From: Candidatus Avidesulfovibrio excrementigallinarum
GTDB lineage: Bacteria > Desulfobacterota > Desulfovibrionia > Desulfovibrionales > Desulfovibrionaceae
DNA: 64,000 bases
Assembly (NCBI GenBank): GCA_018715085.1
Contig: DVMI01000071.1
Span: 971-64,970, forward strand
Direction: 5' to 3'
The notes under the pieces are model-generated. The model ran no database searches and was not told where the DNA came from. It saw only the letters and a list, made by a program, of their open reading frames with translations. Below, piece by piece: positions 29,972-39,466 of the stretch (positions within the stretch are counted from its first letter, which is position 1; each line of letters opens with the position of its first letter). A program made the position numbers and the translations under genes.

Positions 29972-30994
29972 TCAGCGCCCCATGAGCTCCAGTGAATTGA
30001 AGGCAATAACAATTTCCTGCTGCGCCGGGGTGGGCGGCTTGGGCAGGGTCTGTGTCCTGCGGACGGCATTGACTGCCGAGGCGTCAAAGTCAGCCCGTCC
30101 CGAGCTGCGCTCAAGCGAGGCGTCGAGCACCTGGCCTGCCGGATCCAGCTTTACCCGGACATAGGCTACCAGGGGATCGCGCGAATAGGTCGGCATGCTC
30201 CAGTTGGGACGCACCGCCATGACCACCATTCCGGCATAAACGTCATACAGGCCGCCGCCTCCGGGGCCGTCGCCTTCTCCGCCGCCGCCACCGCCTGTGC
30301 CTCTGGCTTCACGCTTGGCCTGGGCCAGGGCGTTGGCTACCGCAGAAGAGCCGGAACCCCGTCTGTTTTTGGCTTCGGCGCGCCGGGCGTCGGCAAGAGC
30401 CGATTTGAGCACGTCTTCAGACGACGGCTGCTTTTCCTTCGGCTTGTCGTCGCCCTTCTTTTCCTGCTTGGCGTCTTTCTTTTCGGCCTGCGGCTTGGCT
30501 TTTTCCTGGGCGTTTTTGTCCGGCTTGGTCTCTGGCTTGGGCTTCTTTTCGGATTCCTTATCTTTGCGCGCCTTCTGCTGGCTGTTAAGCGCCACAGCGT
30601 CCTTTTCGGGCGCAGGTTTCTTTTCGGGTTTGGCCGGCGGGGGCGTTTTGGCCGGAGCGGGCTTTGCCTGGACAGCGCGTTCAGGGTCGGCGAGCGCTTC
30701 GGCCTTGGCTTCCAGTTTTTCAAGTCTGGTGGCGTCGGGCAGCGCTTCGGCGGATTGCCGGGCAGCCGCAGGCGTGTTGAGGACGGGCTCGGCCGCAGGC
30801 TTTGCCGGCGCAGGCGAGCCCAGATGTCCCAGAACTGGCGAGGGCAGCTTGTCGCCACCGGGCGCGCCCATGGTCAGGCTGATCTGAATGACCTCCCGAT
30901 CCAGCTGAATGGGCGGCGACGACGGCCACAGCCAGATCACCGCAGCAACAAGCGCGTGCACGAATATGGAAAAAAGCACACTGCCGAAATTCAT
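29972..30994 (-). CDS. tolA: TolA-like protein (N-terminal TM anchor, Lys/Pro/Ala/Glu-rich linker, TonB/TolA C-terminal domain)
   Basis: The domain layout is visible in the translation. It sits between tolR and tolB. Confidence 0.75.
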   Translation of the reverse strand: MNFGSVLFSIFVHALVAAVIWLWPSSPPIQLDREVIQISLTMGAPGGDKLPSPVLGHLGSPAPAKPAAEPVLNTPAAARQSAEALPDATRLEKLEAKAEALADPERAVQAKPAPAKTPPPAKPEKKPAPEKDAVALNSQQKARKDKESEKKPKPETKPDKNAQEKAKPQAEKKDAKQEKKGDDKPKEKQPSSEDVLKSALADARRAEAKNRRGSGSSAVANALAQAKREARGTGGGGGGEGDGPGGGGLYDVYAGMVVMAVRPNWSMPTYSRDPLVAYVRVKLDPAGQVLDASLERSSGRADFDASAVNAVRRTQTLPKPPTPAQQEIVIAFNSLELMGR

Positions 30995-31018
30995 GATGCG
31001 TCAAGCCCCACAGGCCGT

Positions 31019-31471
31019 TTAGCGTGTCGCGCGGGCGGCGTTTTTCGTATCGGCCGCCGCGCTGCTGGTGTCGCGCTGGGCGACCATACCCAGTTTGTCT
31101 ATTCCGGCCGCGCGGATGCGGCCCATGACGTCCACGACCACGCCGTAAGGCACTTCCTTGTCAGCCTGGAGGAAAAGCTGCTTGTTCTGCTCCTTGACGA
31201 GCAGCGTCAGTTTTTCTTCCAGCTCTTCAATCGGCACGGCATAGGTGTCCAGGTAAATGGCACCGTCGCTGCGGATGGTCATGACCATGTTTTCCTGCTC
31301 GGTAGGCAGGTTTTCCACATGCGTCGTTGTGGGCAGATCCACTTCAAGCCCTTCGGACATCATGGGCGCGGTGACCATAAAAATGATGAGCAGCACCAGC
31401 ATGACGTCCACAAAGGGCGTCACGTTGATTTCCGATACGAGCCGGCCCTTGCCGGAAGACGAAGATCCCAT
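31019..31471 (-). CDS. tolR: TolR (ExbD/TolR family biopolymer transport protein)
   Basis: EINVTPFVDVMLVLLIIFMVTAP...VDLP..., typical ExbD/TolR. Confidence 0.9.
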   Translation of the reverse strand: MGSSSSGKGRLVSEINVTPFVDVMLVLLIIFMVTAPMMSEGLEVDLPTTTHVENLPTEQENMVMTIRSDGAIYLDTYAVPIEELEEKLTLLVKEQNKQLFLQADKEVPYGVVVDVMGRIRAAGIDKLGMVAQRDTSSAAADTKNAARATR

Positions 31472-31485
31472 GGCGTTCCCGTCCC

Positions 31486-32172
31486 TTATTCGGCCCCGCG
31501 CTGGGCCGGCCTGGTCGCATTGATTTCGCGCTGGACACGGTTGAGGAACATGCCGGCAAAATTGATCAGCGTCGTTTCAAGCGTGCCGATTTTGCCCTGA
31601 AACGCGTTGTAGCCCACCGTGGCAGGGATAGCCACGGCAAGCCCCATGGCTGTGGCGATAAGCGCTTCCGAGATCCCCGGGGCCACCGTGGCAAGCGAGG
31701 CCGACTTCATGCTGCCAATGGCGTGGAACGTGTGCATGATGCCCCAGACCGTACCGAACAGGCCGATAAACGGCGCCGTGTTGGCGGCTGTGGCAAGCAG
31801 CGCGATGGAACGGCCGAGCCGGCTCAGTTCGGTGTTGACGCCCTGATGGAGCGAACGGCGCACGTTGTCGGCAACCACGTCGCCCATGTTGCCGGCTTCG
31901 CGCGAACGGTTGTATTCGGTAACGCCCTGCTGGGCCACGCCGAACAGCGGCGAGGAAGGATCCGCGCCCAGCGAATGCACGGCTTCGCGCAGGTCGCGGC
32001 ACTGATCAAACTGGGCCATACCCCTCAGGGCTTTGCGCTGTGCGGCATTGAGGCCGATCCACTTTTGAAAGATCAGCGCCCAGCTGACAATGCTCATCAC
32101 CAAAAGAAGGGCCAGCACCAGTTTGGCAACCAGCGTGGCCTGTTCCAGCAAGACAAAAACATTGATGTCCAT
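31486..32172 (-). CDS. tolQ: TolQ (MotA/TolQ/ExbB proton channel)
   Basis: ...LATAANTAPFIGLFGTVWGIMHTFHAIG...VAPGISEALIATAMGLAVAIPA. Start at ATG 32172. Confidence 0.9.
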   Translation of the reverse strand: MDINVFVLLEQATLVAKLVLALLLVMSIVSWALIFQKWIGLNAAQRKALRGMAQFDQCRDLREAVHSLGADPSSPLFGVAQQGVTEYNRSREAGNMGDVVADNVRRSLHQGVNTELSRLGRSIALLATAANTAPFIGLFGTVWGIMHTFHAIGSMKSASLATVAPGISEALIATAMGLAVAIPATVGYNAFQGKIGTLETTLINFAGMFLNRVQREINATRPAQRGAE

Positions 32173-32444
32173 ACTAAAGATCCCCAGATTCAGCAGCCCG
32201 CGCCGGTCGCGGACGCGCGATGCCACCCATCCTTGTCCACGGCTCGCACGGGCCATATCTTACAGCGACCAATGACAATGCCAAAAACCGCCAGGTAAAA
32301 ATATCCTGTCGGAATTAGACATTATGCCCGTCCTCAAAAAGTTTGGCAAGTAGCCGATAGCGGGGATTTTTCCCCCGAAAGCTGCATTCTCGCGCCCTGC
32401 GCCTCTTGCAGGGAGTGCGGTTTTTCTGTTAAGCGCCTTTCAGC

Positions 32445-32473
32445 TTGACATTGATTGTTGATAACAGTATCCT
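32445..32473 (+). promoter_or_regulatory. Sigma-70-type promoter (TTGACA-17-TATCCT) upstream of the Fur-family gene, with an AT-rich candidate operator in the spacer
   Basis: cagcTTGACAttgattgttgataacagTATCCTttctc. The spacer holds TTGATTGTTGATAACA, which resembles Fur/PerR-type boxes. It ends 21 nt before ATG 32494. Confidence 0.5.
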
Positions 32474-32493
32474 TTCTCAAAAGGAAAGACGAC

Positions 32494-32889
32494 ATGCGAC
32501 CGCAAACACGTATGACACGGCAGCGGATGCTCATCCTTGAGGAGTTGCGCAAAAGCCGCACGCATCCCACAGCTGATGAGCTTTACGCGAGCGTACGCAA
32601 GCGCCTGCCGCACATAAGCCTGGGGACAGTTTACAGAAACCTGGACTTTCTTGCAGAGTCGGGCGAGATTCTCAAACTTGAAATGGCCGGCTCTACCCGG
32701 CGTTTCGATGGCTGCATTGCACCGCACCAGCATGTCCGCTGCAAAATTTGCGGACGGGTTGGCGACATTGAAGGCGTCAATGTGGCTCTTCCCGAAGTGG
32801 CAGAGCTTAAGGTCGAAGGGTTTACCGTCACTTCGGCCCATGTGGAGTTTGAGGGCATCTGCGCCCAGTGCGCTGAAACGCTCAAGTAA
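32494..32889 (+). CDS. perR: Fur-family transcriptional repressor, probably the peroxide regulator PerR
   Basis: MTRQRMLILEELRKSRTHPTADELY...LGTVYRNLDFL, with two CxxC pairs (CKICG, CAQCA). The PerR assignment is inferred from its position upstream of rubrerythrin, as in Desulfovibrio. Confidence 0.8.
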   Translation: MRPQTRMTRQRMLILEELRKSRTHPTADELYASVRKRLPHISLGTVYRNLDFLAESGEILKLEMAGSTRRFDGCIAPHQHVRCKICGRVGDIEGVNVALPEVAELKVEGFTVTSAHVEFEGICAQCAETLK

Positions 32890-32956
32890 TGTTTTTTCTC
32901 CCGTCGCAGCCGGCATGGCGCCCGGGACACACCTTTAGCCCCTTGGAGAACCATTC

Positions 32957-33532
32957 ATGAAATCGCTCAAAGGCACCCGGACAGAAGTCAACATTCTCAC
33001 GGCGTTCGCCGGCGAATCGCAGGCCCGCAACCGTTACGACTACTTCAGCGCAGCAGCAAAGAAGGACGGCTTTGTGCAGGTCTCGCAGATTTTTGCCGAA
33101 ACCGCTCTGCAGGAAAAGGAACACGCCAAGCGCCTGTTCAAGTTCCTTGAAGGCGGCGAAGTGAGCATTGCCGCGGCGTTCCCCGCCGGTGTGATCGGCG
33201 CCACCCACGACAATCTCATTGCCTCTGCCTCTGGCGAAAATCACGAATACACCCATATGTATCCTGAATTTGCCAAGATCGCCGACGAAGAAGGCTTTTC
33301 CGAAATCGCTGCGGTCATGCGCAATATCGCCGTGGCTGAACAGTACCATGAAGAGCGCTTCCTGGCGTTTGCCAAGGAAATCAAAGAAGGCCGGATGTTC
33401 AAGCGTGAAACGCCGGTGCGCTGGCGCTGCCTGAATTGCGGCTGTATCGTCGAAGGAACTGAAGCCCCGGCCGTGTGCCCGGCGTGCGCCCATCCGCGGG
33501 ATCATTTTGCCCTGCTGACCCCGCTGTTCTAG
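32957..33532 (+). CDS. rbr: Rubrerythrin
   Basis: MKSLKGTRTEVNILTAFAGESQARNRY...EKEHAKR...ENHEYT...EQYHEERF diiron motifs, plus the C-terminal rubredoxin-like WRCLNCG...CPACAHP. Confidence 0.95.
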   Translation: MKSLKGTRTEVNILTAFAGESQARNRYDYFSAAAKKDGFVQVSQIFAETALQEKEHAKRLFKFLEGGEVSIAAAFPAGVIGATHDNLIASASGENHEYTHMYPEFAKIADEEGFSEIAAVMRNIAVAEQYHEERFLAFAKEIKEGRMFKRETPVRWRCLNCGCIVEGTEAPAVCPACAHPRDHFALLTPLF

Positions 33533-33629
33533 AGACGTTTTCAGGCTCAGCGACGCGCAACGCGTCATCCGCCACGGCCCAGCAGGATGCCTGCAGCAGC
33601 GTGTGTCCTGCCTGTGTGCCCCATTGATG

Positions 33630-33677
33630 GAGGGGGAAGACGGTACGTTCTAAAAAGATCGTACCGCCTTCCCCCTC
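33630..33677. terminator. Long hairpin between convergent rbr and thioesterase genes (probable bidirectional terminator)
   Basis: 17-bp stem gagggggaagacggtac / gtaccgccttccccctc (one mismatch) with a 14-nt A/T-rich loop. Confidence 0.55.
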
Positions 33678-33757
33678 AGCCTGTTTTGGCTGGCTGACAG
33701 AAACACGGCAAGCGGGAATGCCCCGCCTGCCGCACAGTCAGCAGAGCCAGGCCACAC

Positions 33758-34165
33758 TCAGTCTGCAATGCTCTTTGACGTCCGGCAGCCCGTGCATACC
33801 GCTGTAGCAAGCAGCATGCCGTCGGCATCGCGGACCTCCACGTCCACTGTCAGCAGCGTCCGTCCGCTATGGCGCATGCGGGCTTCGGCGACCAGCGGTC
33901 CATGACTGCCGCCGCGTAAAAACGAAATCGAAGTCTGGGCGTTGAGCGCCACAGATTCGGAACCCGCATTGGCTATTGCGGCAAAGGCCAGATCGGCCAG
34001 TGTGAAGATCGCTCCGCCGTGCGCAAGGTTCACGCCGTTGCGCTGGTTTTCGCCAAGCGGCATGCTCACTCGCGAATACTCCGGGGTGGCTTCTTCTACG
34101 ACCACCCCGACATAGCGGGCAAAACGATCCTTTTCCATCAGATGCTGCTTGATATCCTTGACCAT
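33758..34165 (-). CDS. PaaI-family hotdog-fold thioesterase
   Basis: ...NQRNGVNLAHGGAIFTLADLAFAAIAN..., typical PaaI/YigI motif. Confidence 0.85.
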   Translation of the reverse strand: MVKDIKQHLMEKDRFARYVGVVVEEATPEYSRVSMPLGENQRNGVNLAHGGAIFTLADLAFAAIANAGSESVALNAQTSISFLRGGSHGPLVAEARMRHSGRTLLTVDVEVRDADGMLLATAVCTGCRTSKSIAD

Positions 34166-34421
34166 AATGCTCCTTTCGTCAGTATTTTTCTATGCACAGA
34201 GGTTCCGGCCGTCAGGCCGGACGGGTCCGCCGCGTCCTTTGGGGGCGCATCCGGCGGGCGCAGGCCCGGGGAAAGACGCCTTCCTCACAGACGCAGAATG
34301 CATCGCTTTACAGCGCATTGCCACTGCATGAGTTGTGCATGGGTGGAAAGAGCGCAGCAGAAGCGGCGTATGTTCCGGGGAACGGAAAACGACTGTCCCG
34401 CGTGTGACGTCCCGGCTCGGC

Positions 34422-35510
34422 CTACCAGGGCCATATGCCGGCTGAGGGGGCAGGAGGGCGGGGAGCCTGCCAGCCGCTGTCTCCTCCGCCGCCAAACGCC
34501 ACGCGGAAGCGCACGCCGGTCAGCACGTCTCCAGGCGCAAGCCTGGCCATGATACGAAAAATTTTGTCCACGTCTTCATTTGTCTGCTGGATGCGGCGGA
34601 CAAGCTCGAAGCTGGATCCGAAACGCAGATCCGTAAAGACATCCACGCGGACGTCATCAGGTTCTCTCAGCGTTTCTTCCAGGACGGGGAACTGCGCAAA
34701 GGCCTTGTAGGCCGCAAACGTGCGATCTTCGACGGTCAGCCTGCTCCAAAGCGGCTCCGGAGGCTTTGCCCAGACTTCAAACTGTTCAGGGAGCGCGCCG
34801 CCTGTGACGTAAGGCGCAGTGAGCCGGTTTTCCGGCGTATCGATAACGGCTTTCCAGAAAAACGGCGCGCCAAGGTCAGGCGCCAGGTGCACCGCCTGCA
34901 CGGACTGCCCTCCGGCAACGACAGGCGGCAGCACTGCCGTCAGATTGCGCTCGAGCAGCGGCCGGGCCACACAGGCCCCTGCCGGGTACACAAGGCACCA
35001 GATCAATATGCCTGCCATGAGCCTGCGGCGTTCGCGCCAGAAGAGCACGCCTGCGGCGAGCGGCAGCAGCAGCGGCAGATCAACGATGAACACTCCGCTG
35101 AAGCGTACGCGGCAGTCGCTGAAGGGCCAGAACACCTGTGTGCCATACGAGGTCACGCAGTCGAGCCAGACGTGCAGCAACAGCAGCACAAAGGCCAGCC
35201 ACCATGCCCGGGACATCGTCCATCCGGAAAGCTCCGGACGTGTGCCCGGCGTTTCGTGCCTCCGGCCAAGAGCCAGGCCGGCCAGCAGTATTGCGGCAGC
35301 CGCCACAGCAAAGAGGGCTATCCCCAGCAGCGAATGCGTCGGCCCGCGGTGCCAGAGAATATACTCAAGCGGCGTTTTGATGAATAAGACGTCGATATCC
35401 GGACAGGCCGCGACCAGTGCCCCCCATAGCGGCATCCATCCCGCACGGTATCTGGGGGGAAGATTGCAGACAAGCACTGCGCCGCTGAGCGCATGGGTAA
35501 CCGGATCCAT
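34422..35510 (-). CDS. Membrane-bound metal-dependent hydrolase (YdjM/DUF457-like) with a C-terminal extension
   Basis: MDPVTHALSGAVL...CPDIDVLF...WHRGPTHSLLG at the N-terminus, several TM helices, and a roughly 170-aa soluble tail. Confidence 0.7.
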   Translation of the reverse strand: MDPVTHALSGAVLVCNLPPRYRAGWMPLWGALVAACPDIDVLFIKTPLEYILWHRGPTHSLLGIALFAVAAAAILLAGLALGRRHETPGTRPELSGWTMSRAWWLAFVLLLLHVWLDCVTSYGTQVFWPFSDCRVRFSGVFIVDLPLLLPLAAGVLFWRERRRLMAGILIWCLVYPAGACVARPLLERNLTAVLPPVVAGGQSVQAVHLAPDLGAPFFWKAVIDTPENRLTAPYVTGGALPEQFEVWAKPPEPLWSRLTVEDRTFAAYKAFAQFPVLEETLREPDDVRVDVFTDLRFGSSFELVRRIQQTNEDVDKIFRIMARLAPGDVLTGVRFRVAFGGGGDSGWQAPRPPAPSAGIWPW

Positions 35511-35619
35511 GGCATTCCCCTCGTCTCTGCTCTACACTGCGGACGCGGCAGCATACGACACGGCCGGATCTGCGGCGTGCGATCGCAAGATCCACACCAG
35601 AAGATCCGGCCGGGCTTTG

Positions 35620-36096
35620 CTAGAAGGCGTCGATCTCGTCAGATCCGACAAGGCCTTTCACAAACTCATTGAACGAGCGCGACAGCTTGCGCTGTGCCTT
35701 GCGGTAGTTTTCTTCCGGCTCGCGTTCGGGCTGAAAGCTGTCAGGCAGGTAATGAACGACAGCGCCCGATTTGAGATCCAGGCAAAAGTACTGATTGGCG
35801 TGCTGCCCCACAGCGAACGGCAACAAATGATCGGGAACGAGCTTTTTGTCACGCAACTTGCGCAGCAGCGACTCCACAGTGCGCCGCCCTTTGGCGACGG
35901 CGTAAAATTCGTTGACCATACAGGGGGGGAACTCGTCAAGACTGTCCCACCAAGCGCGTTCGGGGACGCCGCCGTTGCGCTTTTGATAGTGCGCCCTGAA
36001 ATCGGCAGGCAGTGGATATCCGGCCATGTCGGCCAGCGCATCCAGTTCTGCGTCGCCAATTGGCGCCTCGCATTTTTTGAAATTGTTCTCAGCCAT
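35620..36096 (-). CDS. SMI1/KNR4 (SUKH-superfamily) protein
   Basis: ...LDALADMAGYPLPADFRAHYQKRNGG...FAVGQHANQYFCLDLKSGAVVHY, typical SUKH-1 pattern. ATG 36096 has GGAGG upstream. Confidence 0.72.
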   Translation of the reverse strand: MAENNFKKCEAPIGDAELDALADMAGYPLPADFRAHYQKRNGGVPERAWWDSLDEFPPCMVNEFYAVAKGRRTVESLLRKLRDKKLVPDHLLPFAVGQHANQYFCLDLKSGAVVHYLPDSFQPEREPEENYRKAQRKLSRSFNEFVKGLVGSDEIDAF

Positions 36097-36213
36097 GTTT
36101 TCTGAGCCTCCAAAAGCCGTTGGGTACACCCGCCCGCAACCTTATAGGGCCCGCCGGGATACGGCAGGCCCAGGGCGTTCATTGCGGAATCGCGTGTGTC
36201 AACAGGAAAAAGG

Positions 36214-37092
36214 TTAACCAAGAAGTCCCTTGCGCGTCAGGATTTCGCGCAGGGTTGCCTCGTTCTTGGGCTGCAACGGCACAAGCGGCAGGCGCAGCTC
36301 CGAAGACATCAGGCCAAGCATGGACATGGCGATTTTCGCAGGAACAGGGTTGGTCTCGAGGAACATCGCCCGGTTGAGAGGTTCGAGCTCGTAGTGGAGA
36401 CGGCGGGCCTGGGCATAGTCGCCGGCAAAGACCGCGTTGCACAGCGCCGCCATTTTGTCGGGCACCACGTTGGCTGTCACCGAAATGACGCCTTTGGCCC
36501 CCAGCGACATGGCCGGCAGCACAGTGAAGTCGTCGCCGGAAAGCACGCAGAAGTCAGGACCGCACTGTTCAATAATGTTGGAGGCCACCGTCATGTTTGC
36601 CGTGGCTTCCTTGATGCCGACGACGGCGGGCACGTCTCTGGCAATGCGGGCTACCGTTTCGGGGGCAAGATTGCAGCCGGTCCGCCCGGGAACGTTATAC
36701 ATGATGACAGGGAGCCCCGCTGCTTCGCCAATCGCCTTAAAATGCTGATACAGCCCTTCCTGCGTGGGCTTGTTATAGTACGGCGTGATGTGCAGCACCG
36801 CATCCGCCCCTGCTTTTTTGGCGCAAAGCGAAAGGCTGATGGCTTCTGTTGTGTTGTTGGAGCCTGCGCCTGCAATGACCGGCACGCGGCCGCGGGTCTG
36901 CTCCACGCACATTTTGATGACCGCTTCGTGTTCCTCATGGCTGAGCGTTGCCGATTCCCCTGTCGTCCCACAGGGGACCAGGCCGTGAATGCCGAGCTCG
37001 ATCTGGCGCTCGACATGCTGGCGAAAAGTTTCTTCGTCCACCATTCCATTCTTGAATGGCGTCACCAACGCAGTAAATGCTCCCTTAAACAT
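36214..37092 (-). CDS. dapA: 4-hydroxy-tetrahydrodipicolinate synthase
   Basis: MFKGAFTALVTPFKNG...LVPCGTTGESATLSHEEH...YNKPTQEGLYQHF...YNVPGRTG...GIKEAT. AGGAGG RBS; the ORF-track extension to 37716 is rejected. Confidence 0.95.
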   Translation of the reverse strand: MFKGAFTALVTPFKNGMVDEETFRQHVERQIELGIHGLVPCGTTGESATLSHEEHEAVIKMCVEQTRGRVPVIAGAGSNNTTEAISLSLCAKKAGADAVLHITPYYNKPTQEGLYQHFKAIGEAAGLPVIMYNVPGRTGCNLAPETVARIARDVPAVVGIKEATANMTVASNIIEQCGPDFCVLSGDDFTVLPAMSLGAKGVISVTANVVPDKMAALCNAVFAGDYAQARRLHYELEPLNRAMFLETNPVPAKIAMSMLGLMSSELRLPLVPLQPKNEATLREILTRKGLLG

Positions 37093-37981
37093 GCTCGGCC
37101 TCCTTAAGTTCCCGGGAGCCCTCCGAAAGCGTCCTGCTGGCCGTCTTCCGTCCCCGGCGGTGAATAGTTCTCTTATCATGACGGAGCGGACAGGTAAAGC
37201 CTTCTCGCACGGGTTGGCACAACGAAACGGCGTCGCAGACGGCGTTTGTGGCATCCCTTCACAATCGCCGCGCCCGTCCGTCCGCCGGATCCCTTCCGGG
37301 CGCCATGGGGCACGCCCGTGTCCTCTTTGGCATCTGGCCCGATTGTTTGCTGCAAGACAGGATAGGGGCAAGCGTCCGGGATGCCTGCACAGGCGGATCG
37401 CAGGACATGCCTCCGTGTATGTGGCAGAGCGTTTGGGGCGCCCTGCGTCCGCGTACCGGCCGGGGCAGCGCTCACAGCGCGGGGGCATGTGTCCCGCACC
37501 AGTGCCGCAATGTCCGTCTGTACCCCGGGCAGCAGCGCTCGTGGCGCGCCTTCTGCTCAGCCGGGGGGCCGGCTGCCGTGAAGCCGTTTTCTTCACAAGA
37601 GGTTTTGCCTGTTTTCCCACTCCGGGAGCTGGTCTGTGAGGCCTGCCGGGGGAGTGCAGAGAAGGCGAGCGCGCCGTTTTTGGCAGCTGCAGGGCCGCAG
37701 GGTGGCGCCGGCGCATGACGGGGAGGGCACACGGGCGTGCGCCTTCGCGCTGCCAGGAGAGGAGGCCGTGGACGCAAAGAAGGCGCGCACCTTTTCATTC
37801 ATGTGGATTGATGGCTAGCGCCGGGCAAAAGGCACTGCGCGGATCTTTTGATGCAGAGCGTCTGACAGGGGGCGCTCATGGCCGGTTCAGGCAATGCCTG
37901 CTTTAGTCTTCTTCTGTGCACCATTGGTTGATTTTACCTGAAAAACGCAGATCTGAAGGCCCTTGTCCTCAGTTGATTCTC

Positions 37982-38011
37982 TTGACATTTCGCCACGAAG
38001 CACGGTACAGC
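37982..38011 (+). promoter_or_regulatory. Candidate dsrA promoter (TTGACA-18-TACAGC)
   Basis: Perfect -35 hexamer at 37982-37987, but a weak -10. It would give a roughly 115-nt leader before GGAGG/ATG 38133. Confidence 0.3.
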
Positions 38012-38132
38012 TCCGTTGAGTTATGTCTCCAAGCCGGGGTGTAAAGGGATCCGCGTGCTCCTTCCCCGGGTCTGCAAGCGGGCATGTGGCCCGTTTCAGC
38101 GCGGATTAACTACATAAAGTGGAGGTAAGGTA

Positions 38133-39446
38133 ATGGCGAAACATTCAACCCCCATGTTGGACGAGCTTGAATCCGGGCCCTGGCCCAGCTTCGTGTCCGA
38201 CATTAAGCAGGAGGTTGCCAACCGGGCCGCGAATCCCAAGGGTCTGGACTATCAGATTCCGGCTGACGCCCCGGACGACCTTCTTGGCGTGCTTGAACTG
38301 TCCTACGAAGATAAAGAAACCCACTGGAAGCACGGCGGTATCGTGGGCGTGTTCGGTTACGGCGGCGGTGTTATCGGCCGTTACTGTGACCAGCCTCAGA
38401 TGTTCCCCGGCGTGGCGCACTTCCACACCATCCGTGTGGCGCAGCCTTCCGGCAAGTACTACAACAGCGACTACATCCGTCAGTTGTGCGACATCTGGGA
38501 TCTGCGCGGTTCCGGTCTGACCAACATGCACGGCTCCACGGGCGACATCGTGTTGCTTGGCACCCAGACCCCGCAGCTGGAAGAAATCTTCCACGACCTG
38601 ACCCACAAGATGAACACCGACCTGGGTGGTTCCGGCTCCAACCTGCGTACGCCGGAAGCCTGCCTCGGCCAGAGCCGCTGCGAATTTGCCTGCTACAACA
38701 CGCAGGACATGTGCTATCAGCTCACCCAGGACTACCAGGACGAACTGCACCGCCCGGCCTTCCCCTACAAGTTCAAATTCAAATTTGACGGTTGCCCCAA
38801 CGGCTGCGTGTGCGCCATGGCCCGTTCCGACTTCGCCGTCGTGGGTACCTGGAAGGACGACATCAAGATTGATCAGGAAGCCGTCAAGGCCTATGTGGGT
38901 GGCGAATACAAACCCAACGCGGGCGCTCATGCCGGCCGCGACTGGGGTGCATTCGACATCGAAGCCGAAGTCGTCAACCTCTGCCCCTCCAAGTGCATGA
39001 AGTGGGACGGCTCCAAGCTGACCATCAACAACAGCGAATGCGTGCGCTGCATGCACTGCATTAACGTCATGCCCCGCGCGCTGCACATCGGCGACGAACG
39101 CGGCGCTTCCATCCTCGTGGGCGCCAAGGCCCCGATCCTCGACGGCGCCCAGATGGGCTCGCTGCTCGTGCCCTTCATCCCCACCGAAGCTCCCTACAAT
39201 GAGATCAAAGAACTCATTGAAAAGATTTGGGAATGGTGGATGGAAGAAGGCAAGAACCGCGAACGCGTCGGCGAAACCATCAAGCGCCTCTCCTTCCAGA
39301 AGCTGCTTGAAGCCACCGAAATCTCGGCCATTCCCCAGCATGTGAAGTCTCCTCGCGCCAACCCGTACATCTTCTTCAAGGAAGAAGAAGTGCCCGGCGG
39401 CTGGACCCGTGACCTGACGGCCTACCGTCAGAGACATCAACGCTAA
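38133..39446 (+). CDS. dsrA: Dissimilatory sulfite reductase alpha subunit DsrA
   Basis: [27 protein letters not shown]...[23 protein letters not shown]...siroheme/FeS Cys clusters [34 protein letters not shown]. Confidence 0.97.
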   Translation: MAKHSTPMLDELESGPWPSFVSDIKQEVANRAANPKGLDYQIPADAPDDLLGVLELSYEDKETHWKHGGIVGVFGYGGGVIGRYCDQPQMFPGVAHFHTIRVAQPSGKYYNSDYIRQLCDIWDLRGSGLTNMHGSTGDIVLLGTQTPQLEEIFHDLTHKMNTDLGGSGSNLRTPEACLGQSRCEFACYNTQDMCYQLTQDYQDELHRPAFPYKFKFKFDGCPNGCVCAMARSDFAVVGTWKDDIKIDQEAVKAYVGGEYKPNAGAHAGRDWGAFDIEAEVVNLCPSKCMKWDGSKLTINNSECVRCMHCINVMPRALHIGDERGASILVGAKAPILDGAQMGSLLVPFIPTEAPYNEIKELIEKIWEWWMEEGKNRERVGETIKRLSFQKLLEATEISAIPQHVKSPRANPYIFFKEEEVPGGWTRDLTAYRQRHQR

Positions 39447-39466
39447 CGCACAGGGGGAATAGAACC

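Noticed and set aside
37093-37716. N-terminal extension of the dapA ORF (500 aa in the ORF track).
   Set aside because: DapA homology starts at MFKGAFTALVTPF (ATG 37092) with AGGAGG upstream. The extension is a Pro/Arg/Ala-rich GC artefact.
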